This document shows, in pieces, positions 38,901 through 59,232 of a DNA stretch of 64,000 nucleotides; positions within the stretch are counted from its first letter, which is position 1, and each line of letters starts with the position of its first letter. Origin of the DNA: Antedon mediterranea (Eukaryota > Animalia > Echinodermata); NCBI RefSeq assembly GCF_964355755.1, contig NC_092670.1:20508795-20572794 (forward strand), in the 5' to 3' direction. The notes beneath the pieces are model-generated. The model worked only from the letters and a program-made list of their open reading frames with translations, did not search any database and was not told the DNA's origin. The position numbers and the translations under genes are program-made.

Positions 38901-40206
38901 TACTATTACCACATTTAGGCACGTCACACTTTTTTCAGTGTAGACAGAGCCTAATAGATTGTACTAATATTCATTATTTTTATATTACATAGATGTTTGC
39001 AGAGTTTAGTCAGATTAGTGACCCCAATGTATTGAAAGGTCGTGTAGATGAATACAAGGAGGAAGTAGATGCATTGTTGGACAAACTGATGGGCCTGGAG
39101 ATGCAAATTGTTGACCAACTTGAGGTAAGGCTTAAGTATGATTCTGAAAAAGATACTTAAACTTGTACTGAGTGCTTAATCGTGTTTAATGATTTAAACA
39201 GAATAATTTCAAGATATTGTTTATTTTCGTTGCAGGATACTATCAAAGAATTTGAGAGAAACATGGCAGATTTCGTTGCAACATTTGTAGAGAATGTACA
39301 GGGACTATATCCTTTAAAATATATATTATATAATCTGCATCATAATAATTTAAGCATGTCTTAAGCTCTGTCTATTAATCAGATATGAATGTACAGCTCT
39401 GACTACAGTATAAAAAAAAATGTGATGTGCCCAAATATGGTAGTGATATAACATCATCATGTCCATTATGAGCACATCAAATTTAGTTGTCACATAAAGT
39501 TTGATAGTGTAGACAGAGCTTTACAAATAACTGTGCTCACATGTATTTCTTTAACTATCTCGCACGATATCACAGATACGTGATTTAGAAAACATTCACC
39601 ATGAGCGGCTGTTGGAGACCGCCATCGCTACGTTGGAAAAGTATATGAAAAATGAACTTGATGACGATCTCCCTGAGGATCTTAAAATGGTATACTTGAA
39701 GTTCTATTTTTCTAAAAAACTTCTCTTGAAACAGTGTTAGCTAAACGGATTAATTAGAATCCCGATTAGAATCCAGTTGACACTTTTCTAAAGTTCTGTC
39801 TTAACAAAATGTGATGTGCCATATATGAACATGATGTCATATCACTACCATATTTGGGCACATCACAAAAAATAATTTGACAGTTTAGACAGAGCTTTAG
39901 GTTGTTTCAAAATAATGAATACAGGAATACAGTACATTATCATTTTTCTTTTATCCATAGTTATTTGTTGACAAAGACACAATTTCAAACGCTGTTAGCG
40001 CATCTCACGACGTGCACATGTTGAAGATTGACAACAGGGAGGACGACATTATACAGAGAGCAAACGGCTGGATGGCAAGTCTAATAGAAAGGATCCATAA
40101 CGAGGAAGAAGTGAAGCGTAACAGAGATCGTGTGAAAGAAATCGGTAACTTTATTGATCATCTTGGAGATGAGCTAGAATTATTGGACTTGCAGGGAGCT
40201 TTGTAA
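35964..40206 (+). CDS. DRC3: Dynein regulatory complex subunit 3 (LRRC48)
   Basis: MSRLYDTVEPSVIEEDMLQKAVEEQGPKEEAG, ILKIDNLWQFTSLVKLQLDNNIIERIEGL, AAYVENLNGPYLFDSMF, LEMQIVDQLE, SHDVHMLKIDNRED...RNRDRVKEI. Confidence 0.95.
36445..36673. mobile_element. PIF/Harbinger-type MITE in a DRC3 intron
   Basis: TAA|AGGCCAACCCAGTAAAATCTCAATATA ... TATATTGAGATTTTACTAGGTTAGCCT|TAA. Confidence 0.8.
38289..38459. mobile_element. hAT-type MITE inside the first U12 intron
   Basis: TIR CAGTGGCGTAA/TTACGCCACTG, perfect 8-bp TSD ACCCTCTT. Confidence 0.88.
38489..38522. mobile_element. 17+17 bp palindrome with 7-bp TSD (P-type transposon footprint); similar at 19500-19535 and 19723-19748
   Basis: TTGATAC|CATGGAGCTATAAAATT-AATTTTATAGCTCCATG|TTGATAC. 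Confidence 0.7.
39307..39565 (+). other. U12-type AT-AC intron 2 of DRC3
   Basis: Donor ATATCCTTT at 39307, branch site TTCTTTAAC 39547-39555, AC at 39564-39565; joins ENVQGL|ISQIRDLENIHHERLLE in frame. Confidence 0.92.
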
Positions 40207-40915
40207 ACTTTGACCTTTTGGTATGCACTTTGACTCCATGTTATCTCTCTACATTTTAAGAGACACAGTTGGAATTTGAGATAAATACCGTATGGCCAAG
40301 TGGATTAATGTATTATATTAAAATATTAATAAATGTAAATATATTTTTATAATTTAAATATCTCAATTCTTTGTAAATAATTAAAACATTTTTGTTGTAG
40401 ATTTTATGCCTGAATATAAAAGTATAAAAATTTATACTAATATTTACAATAATTTGTTCTGGTTCTTAGTAACCCAATAACAAGAAACGCAACATAATAA
40501 ATGAAATAAAATGTATACATACAAACTACAGAAAGTAATACAGAATGAATGTAATTTTTTTTTATTAATTAGCATAAAGTACATCCTTAAGTTGCTGTAA
40601 TATTGTTGTTGCAACCCTGAGCTGCATCTCAGTGCAGTCTTGGAGGATAACTCCAACCTGTAGGGAGTAATTGCTTTTTATTTGACTATTTTTTCACTCA
40701 ATAACACTGACCAAAGAAGAATTATTTAGACTTGGCACAGGGCCAGACTATGCAGGTGTCCAATCATTGTTGTTTGTTACCTGCTGACAGCTGTTACTCT
40801 TGACTCATGTTGCAGGTGTTTTATTCTAATGCATCTACTATTTCCAAAAACCGATTATGGACATTTTTGTAACGTTTCTTTCCCAAAATAACTTTTAATG
40901 TTTGTTAGATTCTTG

Positions 40916-43900
40916 TCATACTGCAATTTTCTTAATTTTATGCGTCGTCTCTGTTACCAGGTGTACAAACAATGTGGCAGCTGCTACTCTTGCTTGTAGA
41001 TCCATGTGATCAATTCGATGACCCCATTCAACTTCACCCCATTTAGAAATCTGAATACAAAATACAATAATCTTTTAATGAAATATGTATGTACTAAGTC
41101 CCCTATTCATTTCTGAACATAGGGCAAATGAGCTGTTAGGAGCTTATTTTACTAAGCCTCAGCAGGAAGACTGAAATTACAAATTGTAATTTCACTCTTC
41201 CCTGGCCTCAGCATTATGTGGTAGGGTAGCCTCCCTAGTATTTTCAACCAGGTACTCATTTACAGCCGAGTTGTCGGGAATTGAACCAACATCAAGTGTC
41301 CTATCATATTTACTTGTAATTTTACACTATTGTCCTTTGTGACGCAAAACAAAATTGTACATTTTTAATATTGTCCATTATTCAGACTGACCTCACATTA
41401 TGTTTGTTTTCATGCACATGTGGCTCAAATTTCCATAGCACATTATATTATGGCCATAAGCTTTGTCAAACATAACCAAGAGGCTAGGGCAGCTGTATGT
41501 TGTACATAACCACGAAGCTAGGCCAGCTGTATGTTTTCCTCAATGGCTAAGCATGTCTGGGTATCATTACTGAGAGAGGATAATGTAATTGTACCCAGGC
41601 GGTCAAGCCACTGCTCTAACCCAGCCTTAAATCCCGCAAGAAAGTGTGAAAATCCCTAGGGAACCAAGACCAGGAAGCATGCCCTTTTCCAGCTGTAGTT
41701 CTCATCACACAGGAAACAGCGCTATAACATTCAAAACCATGAATAACTCTTTGGATGTGTTGTCCTGTGTCCAAACACTGAAAGGGACTTTATCGGCACG
41801 TTTGGCTGACATTTGTTTGGTAGAATTTTTTAAACATAAAGGTAATTTTTTTCATGCTATTGTCAGTCATACAAGTCCGTCAACTTTAATTGATTTAGAA
41901 TGAAAGAATATTCACTTATATACTTTATACGTGACTTGATTTCTTCATAAGGTAACATTAACAAACAAGCATGTAGATGATATTGAATCTTTGAATAAGT
42001 TATTTTCCATAAATTGTGAAGATGTTTTCTCTTGTGATAAGATATTAGTTGGGTGTGGTTACTTAGGTCTGTTTAATTTATAATTGTTTTAAATATCCGT
42101 CAACATAATTTATTATTTAATTTCCATTGCCAATTAAACCTTTTAATTCAAACTCCATGTTCTTAAGAGGAGGTACTTGCATTTAGGAAACTGTGTCATT
42201 AGTAATTACATATGATTTTTTTCAGCCACTCAGCCGACTTACTTGGAATTCTTCTTCTAACCTGGACAGCGCCATTGCTCGTTCAACGTGAATATGTCTA
42301 TCCATAAGAGCAAATGCAACAACTATAGATTTCAACGATTGTACTGCGCTTTCATAGCCTGGCGAAACATAAATATTCACAGTTAAACAGTGTATACACC
42401 CTTTCTTAAAAAAATTGTAGAATACCTTAAGCTCTGTCTACACTACCAAACTTTATGTGACAAAAACATGTGATGTGCCCATATATGGACATGATAACAT
42501 CATATCGCTACTATATTTGGGCACACTTTTTTTGTCAAACTAGTTTTATAGTGTAGACAGAGGTTTAGATTTAAAATAAGACGAGTAGACTAGTTTTATT
42601 ATTAAAAGCTGTACACGTCTCCAGGTGTGTAGTACTTGAGTAGTTTAACTATATTTGATATCAAGTGCAAACCATAGGTTATGCCAAAATACGCTACCGA
42701 ATAATGCCCACTCGTTGTGCGTCAACAAATGCTGTTTCAGCTTGGCTCGTGTTTCGTCTGGTACTGCAGGTGGCATGATAGATTGTGTAGATGTGATATC
42801 AGTCTCGTATCGAGAGTTGAACCAGTCTAACAGCGGGTCCCATTCTCTTGTCTGAAGTTCAACAAGGTCAACCGGTAATTCTTGTCTGTAACTAAATTAA
42901 TATTGATTAATCTTATATTGTTATCATCATAATTTTCAGGATTGTTAACATTCATCATCTTAATCACCATACCATCACCATTATCAATAATCATCTTCAC
43001 TCTAATTGTTATCATTATCTGTCATCATGGTTATACAGAATCATTCCCAGAATTACTATCATACAGTATCTTCTATCAATTTTCACATCATCAATTTTTC
43101 ATACGCATGAGCGAGTAACTTGCCAATTACAGGATGGATAAACTATTTTATAATTGATATTATAAACTAAGTCCCATTTTAGGCTTAGGGAGTAGAGTTG
43201 AAAGAGTTGTGAGTTACAACCCTGGCACTAGGTCAGGATTGAATGGAAGGCAAGTACGTTGACCACCCAAGCTACAGCTCCACCACTATCAATTGTCATC
43301 ACCATAATTGTACTATCTTCATCATTACATTATTAACTGTGAATAATTGCATACCACACTGTGTCTGTGTCAAGAAAATGAAGTATTGATGTTATCACTT
43401 GTTCTTTATTTCTACCAGTTGGATTATCAAGGGCAGTGTTGCATAAAGTTGTCTGGAAAGAAAAATAGCAATATCAATAGCAAAAATCATTACTATTATT
43501 ATTAAATTTAATTATATAAATATTATTACATAAATACAATAAAATATACAAAATATATATTTTACCATCTGCATAGTGTGTTGTTTTATAATGTCTGTCT
43601 GTTTGTCCCACTCCGTGCATACAGCAATAGCCAAGGCTTCACTTGGAACCTGGAAGAGCTTTCCAGATGGTGTCTTTAACTTGCGTTGGTCAAGATTAAT
43701 CTCAAACACACCTTCCGACTCAGTAATGCTCACTGATTTGTAAATTTTCTTCCTTTCTAAACGTTTTTATAAGAAGTTATTAGAAAGAATTTGTTTTATC
43801 CATCTTAAATTCTATTTTATATAATTGTAATTATCCTAAGCTATGTTTGCGTTACTGTGTAATCCTATTCCTTCGTTTCCAGGCAGTTTCCACTCACAAA

Positions 43901-44063
43901 AACACATGTGGTTACACGTCTGGGCTAAGCCTAACAATTGTTTCTCTCAATAGAACTAAACTATCTTACCTCTAAAACCCCTTTTTAGCATGTTTGCAGC
44001 AGGAATTCTAGATTTTAAAAGCGTTGAAGACAAACATTGATTTGCCAATGTTTTAAATGCCAT
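40916..44063 (-). CDS. ATPAF2: ATP synthase F1 assembly factor 2 (Atp12), multi-exon
   Basis: Basic presequence-like exon 1; ERKKIYKSVSITESEGVFEINLDQRKLKTP, ALAIAVCTEWD, FLDTDTV, EWDPLLDWFN, LSRLEEEFQ|ISKWGEVEWGH; TGA at 40916-40918. Confidence 0.95.
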
Positions 44064-44138
44064 AATTTTAAAGGATTTAAATTAAGCCTACTAGGCCGCC
44101 TAAATCAGTTTGTTTACAAAAAAATTACGACCGCCGCA

Positions 44139-45936
44139 CAGCGTTGCCAGCGATAAAATTTAAATTATGCCGTATCCTGTCTCAAATAATGCCAGATTGG
44201 GAAAAATAATGCCAGATCCCCAAAATGTGGCCCTAAACAGCGCCACCAACGGTTGTATGTCTAATAAACGTTTGTAAAACCCCAACTGACACAAAATAGG
44301 GCCTAAATTGTATCCCTATGTCGTTCAAAAATTGTATTTTTAGTTTTGTGAGTAATAATTCTAAAAATATCTAGGGTGCGAAAATGGTAATTGCAAATGA
44401 CACAAACACCAACCCACGAACCCTTATCCCCCCCACCCCCCCCCCCCCCACCTCCCCCAAAAAGAAAACTGTTACAGCCATGGGAAATTTAGAATTTTTG
44501 AGCTGAAATATGAGAGCTGCTCGATCTTTGCACTTAATTTCAAATATGAAAGGATCTTAGCCCACCATAATTAGAAAATTATAATTTAAAATAGGAAATA
44601 AAAATATATATCTCATGGTTGATAAGAAAATTTTGAAAAAAGCTCATGGCCGGAAATGCCACTTAATTTAAAAAATGAAATAAAAATATAGGCCTATTTA
44701 TTAGTGTCTCCAGGATCTTAGCCCACCATAGTTCGAAAATGGCAATTATAATTGAAAATAGGAAATCAAAATATATATTAAGTGTCTCCAGGACCTCAGC
44801 CCCACCATGGTTGGGACTGAGGTACAAAAATTTGGAAAATAGAGCTGCTCGATGGCCGGAAATGGCACTTAATTTCAGATATGAAATAAAAATATATTTA
44901 TTAGTACCTCCAGGATCTTAGCCCACCATAGTTCGAAAATGGCAATTATAATTTAAAATAGGAAATAAAAATATATATTAAGTGTCTCCAGGACCTCAGC
45001 TCCACCATGGCTGGTGCTGAGGTAAGAAAATTTGGAAAAATAGAGCTGCTCAATGGGCGGAAATGGCACTTAATTTCAAATATGAAATAAAAATATATTT
45101 ATTAGCACCTCCAGGATCTTAGCCCATCATAGTTTTGAAAATGGCAATTATAATTTAAAATAAGAAATAAAAATATATATTAAGTGTCTCCATGACCTCA
45201 GCCCCACCATGGTTGGGGCTGAGGTAAAAAAAAAATGGGAAAAATAGAGCTGCTCGATGGGTGGAAATGGCACTTAATTTTAAATAAAAATTACCTCGCC
45301 CACATGGTCACTACAGGGGCTGAGAGGTGAAGAACATTTGGAAAAATAGGGTTGCTACGACGATGCAAATGGAACATAATTTGAAATATGGAAAACAAAT
45401 TCTCCTAGATGAAATTCTTTTTTAGTTACTGGAAATTGCCATTTCAAGGGTTGGGGTAGGGGTGCGGCCACTTATAATTATGAACTGAAACAACAAAACC
45501 CCTTTCATAATGTTTTCGTTCAATTGTCTCTATATCTGGGGATCCAATAACCTGCATGGTCTCTGAAATAGAGCAACATAATTGGCCAATAGCTAGCCTC
45601 TTCGGATTTGTTGTGCTGCCTATATCGCACACACGGTAGTTTTCGAGCAGCCTTCCTATCCGAAGCAAAAGGATGGAAGAACTATTGTACGGAAAACCCG
45701 AACAGATCTGTTTTGTACGATATGATATTGTGTAAGGTGATATGTATTAAATTGCAAGATTAAACAAAATATTTTATTTTTGTTCTGTGGTATATCATTT
45801 TTTTGGTTGTTCAAAAAACACAAAATTATGCCAGATTATGCTAAAAACGGCTAAATAATGCCGCGGCATTATGCCAGATGCCGTGGGCCTCTAAATAATG
45901 CCAAAAAGCATAATAATGCCAGAAATGGCAACTATG
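44139..45936. mobile_element. 1.8 kb non-autonomous hAT-type element between ATPAF2 and GID4, with internal ~180 bp tandem repeats (~44490-45360)
   Basis: Perfect 8-bp TSD CCGCCGCA at 44131-44138 and 45937-45944; imperfect TIR CAGCGTTGCCA/TGGCAACTATG; subterminal TAATGCCA repeats at both ends. Confidence 0.85.
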
Positions 45937-45944
45937 CCGCCGCA

Positions 45945-46143
45945 CTTTATTGAGGAACGGCTGTGTCGACGCCTACATAAACTTTACTGAAACATGTTTT
46001 AATTGGTTAGAATTCCAAGCCTTGTATTTGTTTAGCCAATAAGCATACGCCATTTAGTTGTAGTAAATACAGACGTTATGTAGTAAATAATTAGAACATT
46101 TTAACAACCATTCAACAAGAGCAGATTGAAGGAAGACAATTTC
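45945..46143. promoter_or_regulatory. GID4 proximal promoter, likely the remaining part of the ATPAF2/GID4 bidirectional promoter
   Basis: Lies between divergent start codons; ATTGG near 46002 and CCAAT near 46036 in opposite orientations. Confidence 0.45.
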
Positions 46144-49100
46144 ATGTCAAAAGATATGCCTGGACTAAAGTTGGACCCACCTCCGCCAATTAACTGTCAA
46201 CAACCTGGTGTTGCTAAGTCTGTTTTATACAGCGGTTCCAAATTTAAAGGCCAACAAAAAAGCAAAGGCAGTTGCTATACAGTTGAAGTTGAACTTCAGG
46301 TTCGTCTTCTTGCTAGCTAGGCCAACAAGAGAGAGTGTGTCAATGTTTTGTGTGTGGGTTCCTGGTGGGTCCAGCCCTTTTGCACTGGTGTGGTGCCCAT
46401 CCATCAGGCCTGCATCCATTACTTGTGAGAATTTCTAGGCCTACATATTTTGTTCTTTTTGTTATAGTTGTTTGAAATAGTCTTTAAGTAAGATATAAAT
46501 TATAGGCCAAAGTAGCTACAGTACAGGGGCAATCTATTTTTATCCGAGAATAAAAAACCCACAAACCTCATCGTATCACATCCTCCTAAACTACATCACT
46601 ATATTATATACCGCTATGCAAACCACATGCTGGTCGAACAAGTTAGATTTAAATTTTATAAATATATAATGTAATTACTGTGAAATATGTGTATACTATG
46701 TGTAAGCCCATCAGGAATCAGTTATCTAATTTTGTTTTCTACAGCATGTAGATGAACAAAACTGTTACCTTTGTGGGTACCTTCGAATCAAAGGACTGAC
46801 GGAGGAATATCCCACACTTACTACCTTCTTTGATGGAGAGATCATAAGTGACAAACATCCGTTCCTGACACGCAAGTGGGATGCTGATGAAGACGTTGAT
46901 AAAAAACATTGGGTGTGTATCGGGAATTGAATAAAAATATCATAATTCAATTATAATACCTGTACTATCTAGTCGAAGAAATTATCTTCTGTTATCCTTT
47001 GTTTGTAAATCACTTATTGGAACGGTTGATTGTAGTAGTGTTCGTCAATTTGTAGTTATTAATGGCCGTCACCTTGATACACTCAAGTTCATTCATCACT
47101 ATGCTCGAACCAATTGTCTTCATCATTCCGCTATTAACATATTCCCTAGGTTATGGGAAGAGTTACCGGAAATGATGAAAATGTCTTTAATTTTAGACAG
47201 TTTTCAAACATTTCTAAATTCACCTAAATCACATGTATTATATTGACTTTGTTGAATCGACTATAAGTATTTTATCCTTTTGTTTTATATTGACACTGTT
47301 GATTCGTCTATTTGTATTTTTTCTTGAATCCTTTATTTATTTTTATTAATTTGTATAATATAGTTTATTATATATCATAGTTGTTACTTTGGGAGTCTGG
47401 AACCTGAACTCTTGTTATAGTGATTAGGATCACTTTTAGGTTCCTGCCTACTCCCTTAGTTTCTGTGTCTTTGTATGTTTGTAACTGGTTTTTGGCAATA
47501 AATAATAATAATAATTTATGAAAATTGACAATATAAATTAGCAGTAATAATTATTCAATTATTAATAGTTTAATTTTTTTTATTAGGGTCAGTTTCCATC
47601 ATTTTTCAAGTTTGCAACCATCTTTAATTCGGATTCATTTAAATATGATCAACTTGAAAATGATGATTTTATCTACATGAGATGGAAGGTATGTACTACA
47701 ACAAATCTTGACGAGGCTTAGAATACTAAAACGAACCCTCTTAAAAGTCTTATTCATGTGAAATATTTAGTGATTATAAGAATGTCTGCAATTTGGCCTC
47801 ACAGGTTAGCTGTAGTGTTAAAATACATATTTCCTCTTATCTGTTTCACATAATAAGGGTGTCGCCAATGAAGGGTGTCGCCAATGAAGGGTTCTACTGT
47901 ATTTTTAATACAACATAATTTCAATAAGAATAAAAAAAACAAATCCTACTTTGTTCTTCGTAAGGAGCATTTCTTGGTGCCAGATCACAGGATTCGTGAC
48001 ATCAATGGAGCATCTTTTGCTGGTTTTTATTATATCTGTTACCAGAAGTCAAAGGGCGCCATCGACGGATACTATTATCACAAAAGCTCAGAATGGTATG
48101 TTTTTAGGTTAAACAATTTCTTTTCTTTCGACTTCAATTTACTTCAACATTTTAAAATGTATGATTTTTATACAAAAAATGATTAAGGTGACATCTTCTG
48201 GACCCCCAATGTTTCCCCTAAATATAGGGGTTGGCCATAGTATTAAAACATAAAATTTTCCCCGGTTCCTTTAAACCAGAAAATGTCCCCTTAATAGGGG
48301 TTGGCCATAGTAATAACAAATATATTTCCCCTTGTTCCTTTAAACCAAAAGGTATCCCTTTAATAGGGATTGGCCATAGTAATAACAAATATATTTCCCC
48401 TTAATCCTTTAAACCAAAAGGTGTCCCTTTAATAGGGATTGGCCATAGTAATAACAAATATATTTCCCCTTGTTCCTTTAAACCAAAAGGTGTCCCCTTA
48501 ATAGGGATTGGCCATAGTAATAACAAATATATTTCCCCTTGTTCCTTTAAACCAAAAGGTGTCCCCTTAATAGGGATTGGCCATAGTAATAACAAATATA
48601 TTTCCCCTTGTTCCTTTAAACCAAAAGGTGTCCCTTTAATAGGGATTGGCCATAGTAATAACAAATATATTTCCCCTTGTTCCTTTAAACCAAAAGGTAT
48701 CCCTTTAATAGGGATTGGCCATAGTAATAACAAATATATTTCCCCTTGTTCCTTTAAACCAAAAGGTGTCCCTTTAATAGGGATTGGCCATAGTAATAAC
48801 AAATATATTTCCCCTTGTTCCTTTAAACCAAAAGGTGTCCCCTTAATAGGGATTGGCCATAGTAATAACAAATATATTTCCCCTTGTTCCTTTAAACCAA
48901 AAGGTGTCCTTTTAATAGGGTTGGGCATAGTAATATATTTCCCCTCGCTCCTTTAACCAGAAAGTGTCCCCTTAATGGGGGTTTCCCAAAGGAGGATTCT
49001 ACTGTTATGATCAATACGAACTTATTCTAGCCATTAAACCTAGGGATTGGAGGACAAGCATGTTAACCACCAAGCTACAGCTCCACTTGTTTTTATAACA

Positions 49101-49217
49101 TTAATTTATCATTTTCTTTGATTTGATTCCGTCATTTCATTTTGTTTTGCCAGGTTTCAGTCGTTGAATTTAGAACACGTACCAGATCACAGCATGCCAA
49201 TTTACGTTTTCCGATGA
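46144..49217 (+). CDS. GID4: GID4 (CTLH/GID E3 ligase substrate receptor, Vid24 family), exons 46144-46299, 46745-46912, 47587-47688, 47965-48095, 49154-49217
   Basis: [99 protein letters not shown]; the start could instead be ATG 46156. Confidence 0.95.
48210..48985. repeat. 69-bp tandem array, about 11 units, in the last GID4 intron
   Basis: Unit CCCCTTAATAGGGATTGGCCATAGTAATAACAAATATATTTCCCCTTGTTCCTTTAAACCAAAAGGTGT. Confidence 0.97.
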
Positions 49218-50371
49218 AGGAAGTACGAAGATTGGAGAAAAATAAAAAACTGCCGAAATAGAGAATGTAGGCATATTGCCAGCCGAGAGGAAGACTCTTG
49301 AGAGAATTGGCCTGACAATTTAAAACCCACCGGCGAAGGAAATGCAATAAACAATTATTTTATAAATATTTTATACTTCCAAAATGTTGTTTAAAAGTAT
49401 TTAAATTAAATCGTAAGTGTGGTCTAAAATGACTGAAATGACCTAAATAAATTGTCTAAAAAGTTATAATAAAAAAATCTACTTTTTCTACAATTGTTTT
49501 CAATTAATTGGATAAGAAAAACACTTTGCAAGACTTCCTTTTCGGAAAATCTGTGTTTACTTTAAAAATTAGATGTTTTTTCCACCTGGGTTGAAACCTT
49601 GGTAATTATGCATATGATAGGAGTAAATTTAGGGTGAAATTTCTACCAAGTCACCGGCAACAAATTAAGTTTTAGGTCAAACTACTTACTTGAAATTACA
49701 TACATATTGGAAATGTTAATTTGCTCGTAAAAATTGCACTAACTTTAACTACATTGAATAATTAGTTAATAGGAGTGTAAGTTTTTAAATGCGTGCTGTT
49801 ATTGAAGACAATTTTTTTTTTATAAAATTAAATAAGAAAATGAAATAATAATATGCAATATCTCTGTCATAGGTCTTTTAGTATAAAATTATAATAGTGA
49901 ATTTTTTTGTTGTGAATTGAAACAGGTACTTATAAAATAAATATTGGTGAATTTGGGATACATTAAAGTAGTTTAGTACTGTAATACTATACTTTATCAT
50001 TTATAATTTAAAACATATTTTAAATACAGTATTTACCATAAAAAATATTAACATTGTATATTTTTGGGTTACACTTTAAATGGGAATTTAGTAAATTGTA
50101 CTTTCACTGGTTAATAAACAAAGGAAATGATTAAATAAAATACTTTTCAAAAATCCGATCAAACAATTATTATTATATTATTATTAATTTAAATATTAAC
50201 ATTAAAATAGAGATCAATTATACAATAGTTTCTTTTAATTGGATAGTAATAAAATTGTTTATAGCGCCCTCTGTAAGCCATGTGAGTAATTTACCGGCGA
50301 AATTTTTACGATGCCTTTTCGTCGCGACACGCGATTGGTCGTATTTGACTGCCAGAAATCGTTCGGTAAAG

Positions 50372-57897
<7,526 letters not shown>

Positions 57898-58984
57898 TAA
57901 ATCATTGTGGATTAAATACAAGATTATTGAATGTAGGTGAACATAATTTGTGTGACCATCTGTTGTAAGTAAATTTAATTTATTCTTTAAACTGGATTAC
58001 CTCTTCAGTCTAGTACAATACAATACTGTTCTCCCAAAGGGTACAGTGTACATGACCACAATCAGCAAACCAGAAGACTATCCCCCTACTTTTTTTTTGT
58101 AACAATTTCTTTATCGTGTACATTAGCAATGTACCAACGGTTTTATATCCCATCAGCACACACAATATCTAGATTCCATTCTTCTTGCAAGCTACAATGC
58201 TAGTGTACGATATCTCTTACCATTAAGCTATCTTGCTCTCTAAGTTGATTTGTAAGTAAAGTAAAAATATTATGTTTCGTATTGCGACAAAAAAAATATA
58301 TGACAATATCACTGACATGTATTAAGAGCCCTGGCTCCAATAAGTAATGTATCTTGTTATCTATGGACGTTCAGAAATTATTGAAAATTGTGTTTAATAG
58401 CATTACTACTATGCTTCATAAAATAAATATCCCAATATTTTGATTACAAAATCAGTGCGTTGAAAGATGAGCAGTTCATGACAAGCAAACAGAAAAAAGT
58501 TCTGCGTTCTGCGACAGTGTCCGTTCCGTGGCTCCAATCAAATTGTGAGTCAGCTTATGAGGTTAGATAACACAGGAAAGTGTGTCAGAATATAGAGTGA
58601 ATCTTGCAGATGATGACAGTAAAAGCAGCAACGAAGATTAAAGAGGAGACACGTACGAGTGCAAGCGGATACAGCATGTGGATATTGATGTTGCGAATGA
58701 CCAATTGGATTGAGTCTACACTATTTCATGTTTCGCATGGTTCATGTTTGATTACCATGTATTTAGTAGGCAATGTACGTCGAGCCATGCAGGTTGTTTG
58801 CATCATTTTCTGATTGCTGAATCATTACGTAATTGTACACAGTCCTCTGGATGAGATGTTAAGCTGTTGAACCATGTGCAATATTACCAATATGTGGATT
58901 TAATGCTTTGAAATATTTTATTTTTTTATTTTGTTTTATCTTTTGGTAATGTGGCCAAGGATTACCAATAGTAAATTAATTACT

Positions 58985-59232
58985 TTCCTATCAGATAGGT
59001 GGTAATCCCCCTGATACGGAGGCTATTTTGTGAACCAGTTCACTGGGGTAACGTCCCACTCTTCTTGAATAATGAACTGGGTTCTTTAAAGTGGACACAT
59101 CACTGTGTACACACTACGGTTTATAATCCCTATCTGAGAAGACTTGTTCCACTACCAGAACTAGGAGCTAGTCAGCCTCGAACTCTTGCTGGTGTTGTTG
59201 GCCCTTTAGGTACGGTAAACCGCGTCCCTGCC
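58985..59232 (-). mobile_element. Second tRNA-derived SINE family; 3' fragment also at 24091-24155 (+)
   Basis: Minus strand head TGGTCAACAGCGGTTAAGGC...GAGTTCGAG, body CACTTTAAAGAACCC, tail GTATCAGGGGGATTACCACCTATC shared with 24091-24155. Confidence 0.7.

Noticed and set aside
41616-41622. CTAACCC as a telomerase RNA template
   Set aside because: Too short, lacks the alignment extension, and no supporting pseudoknot context
48401-48928. 175-aa repetitive ORF
   Set aside because: Artefact of the 69-bp (23-codon) tandem repeat
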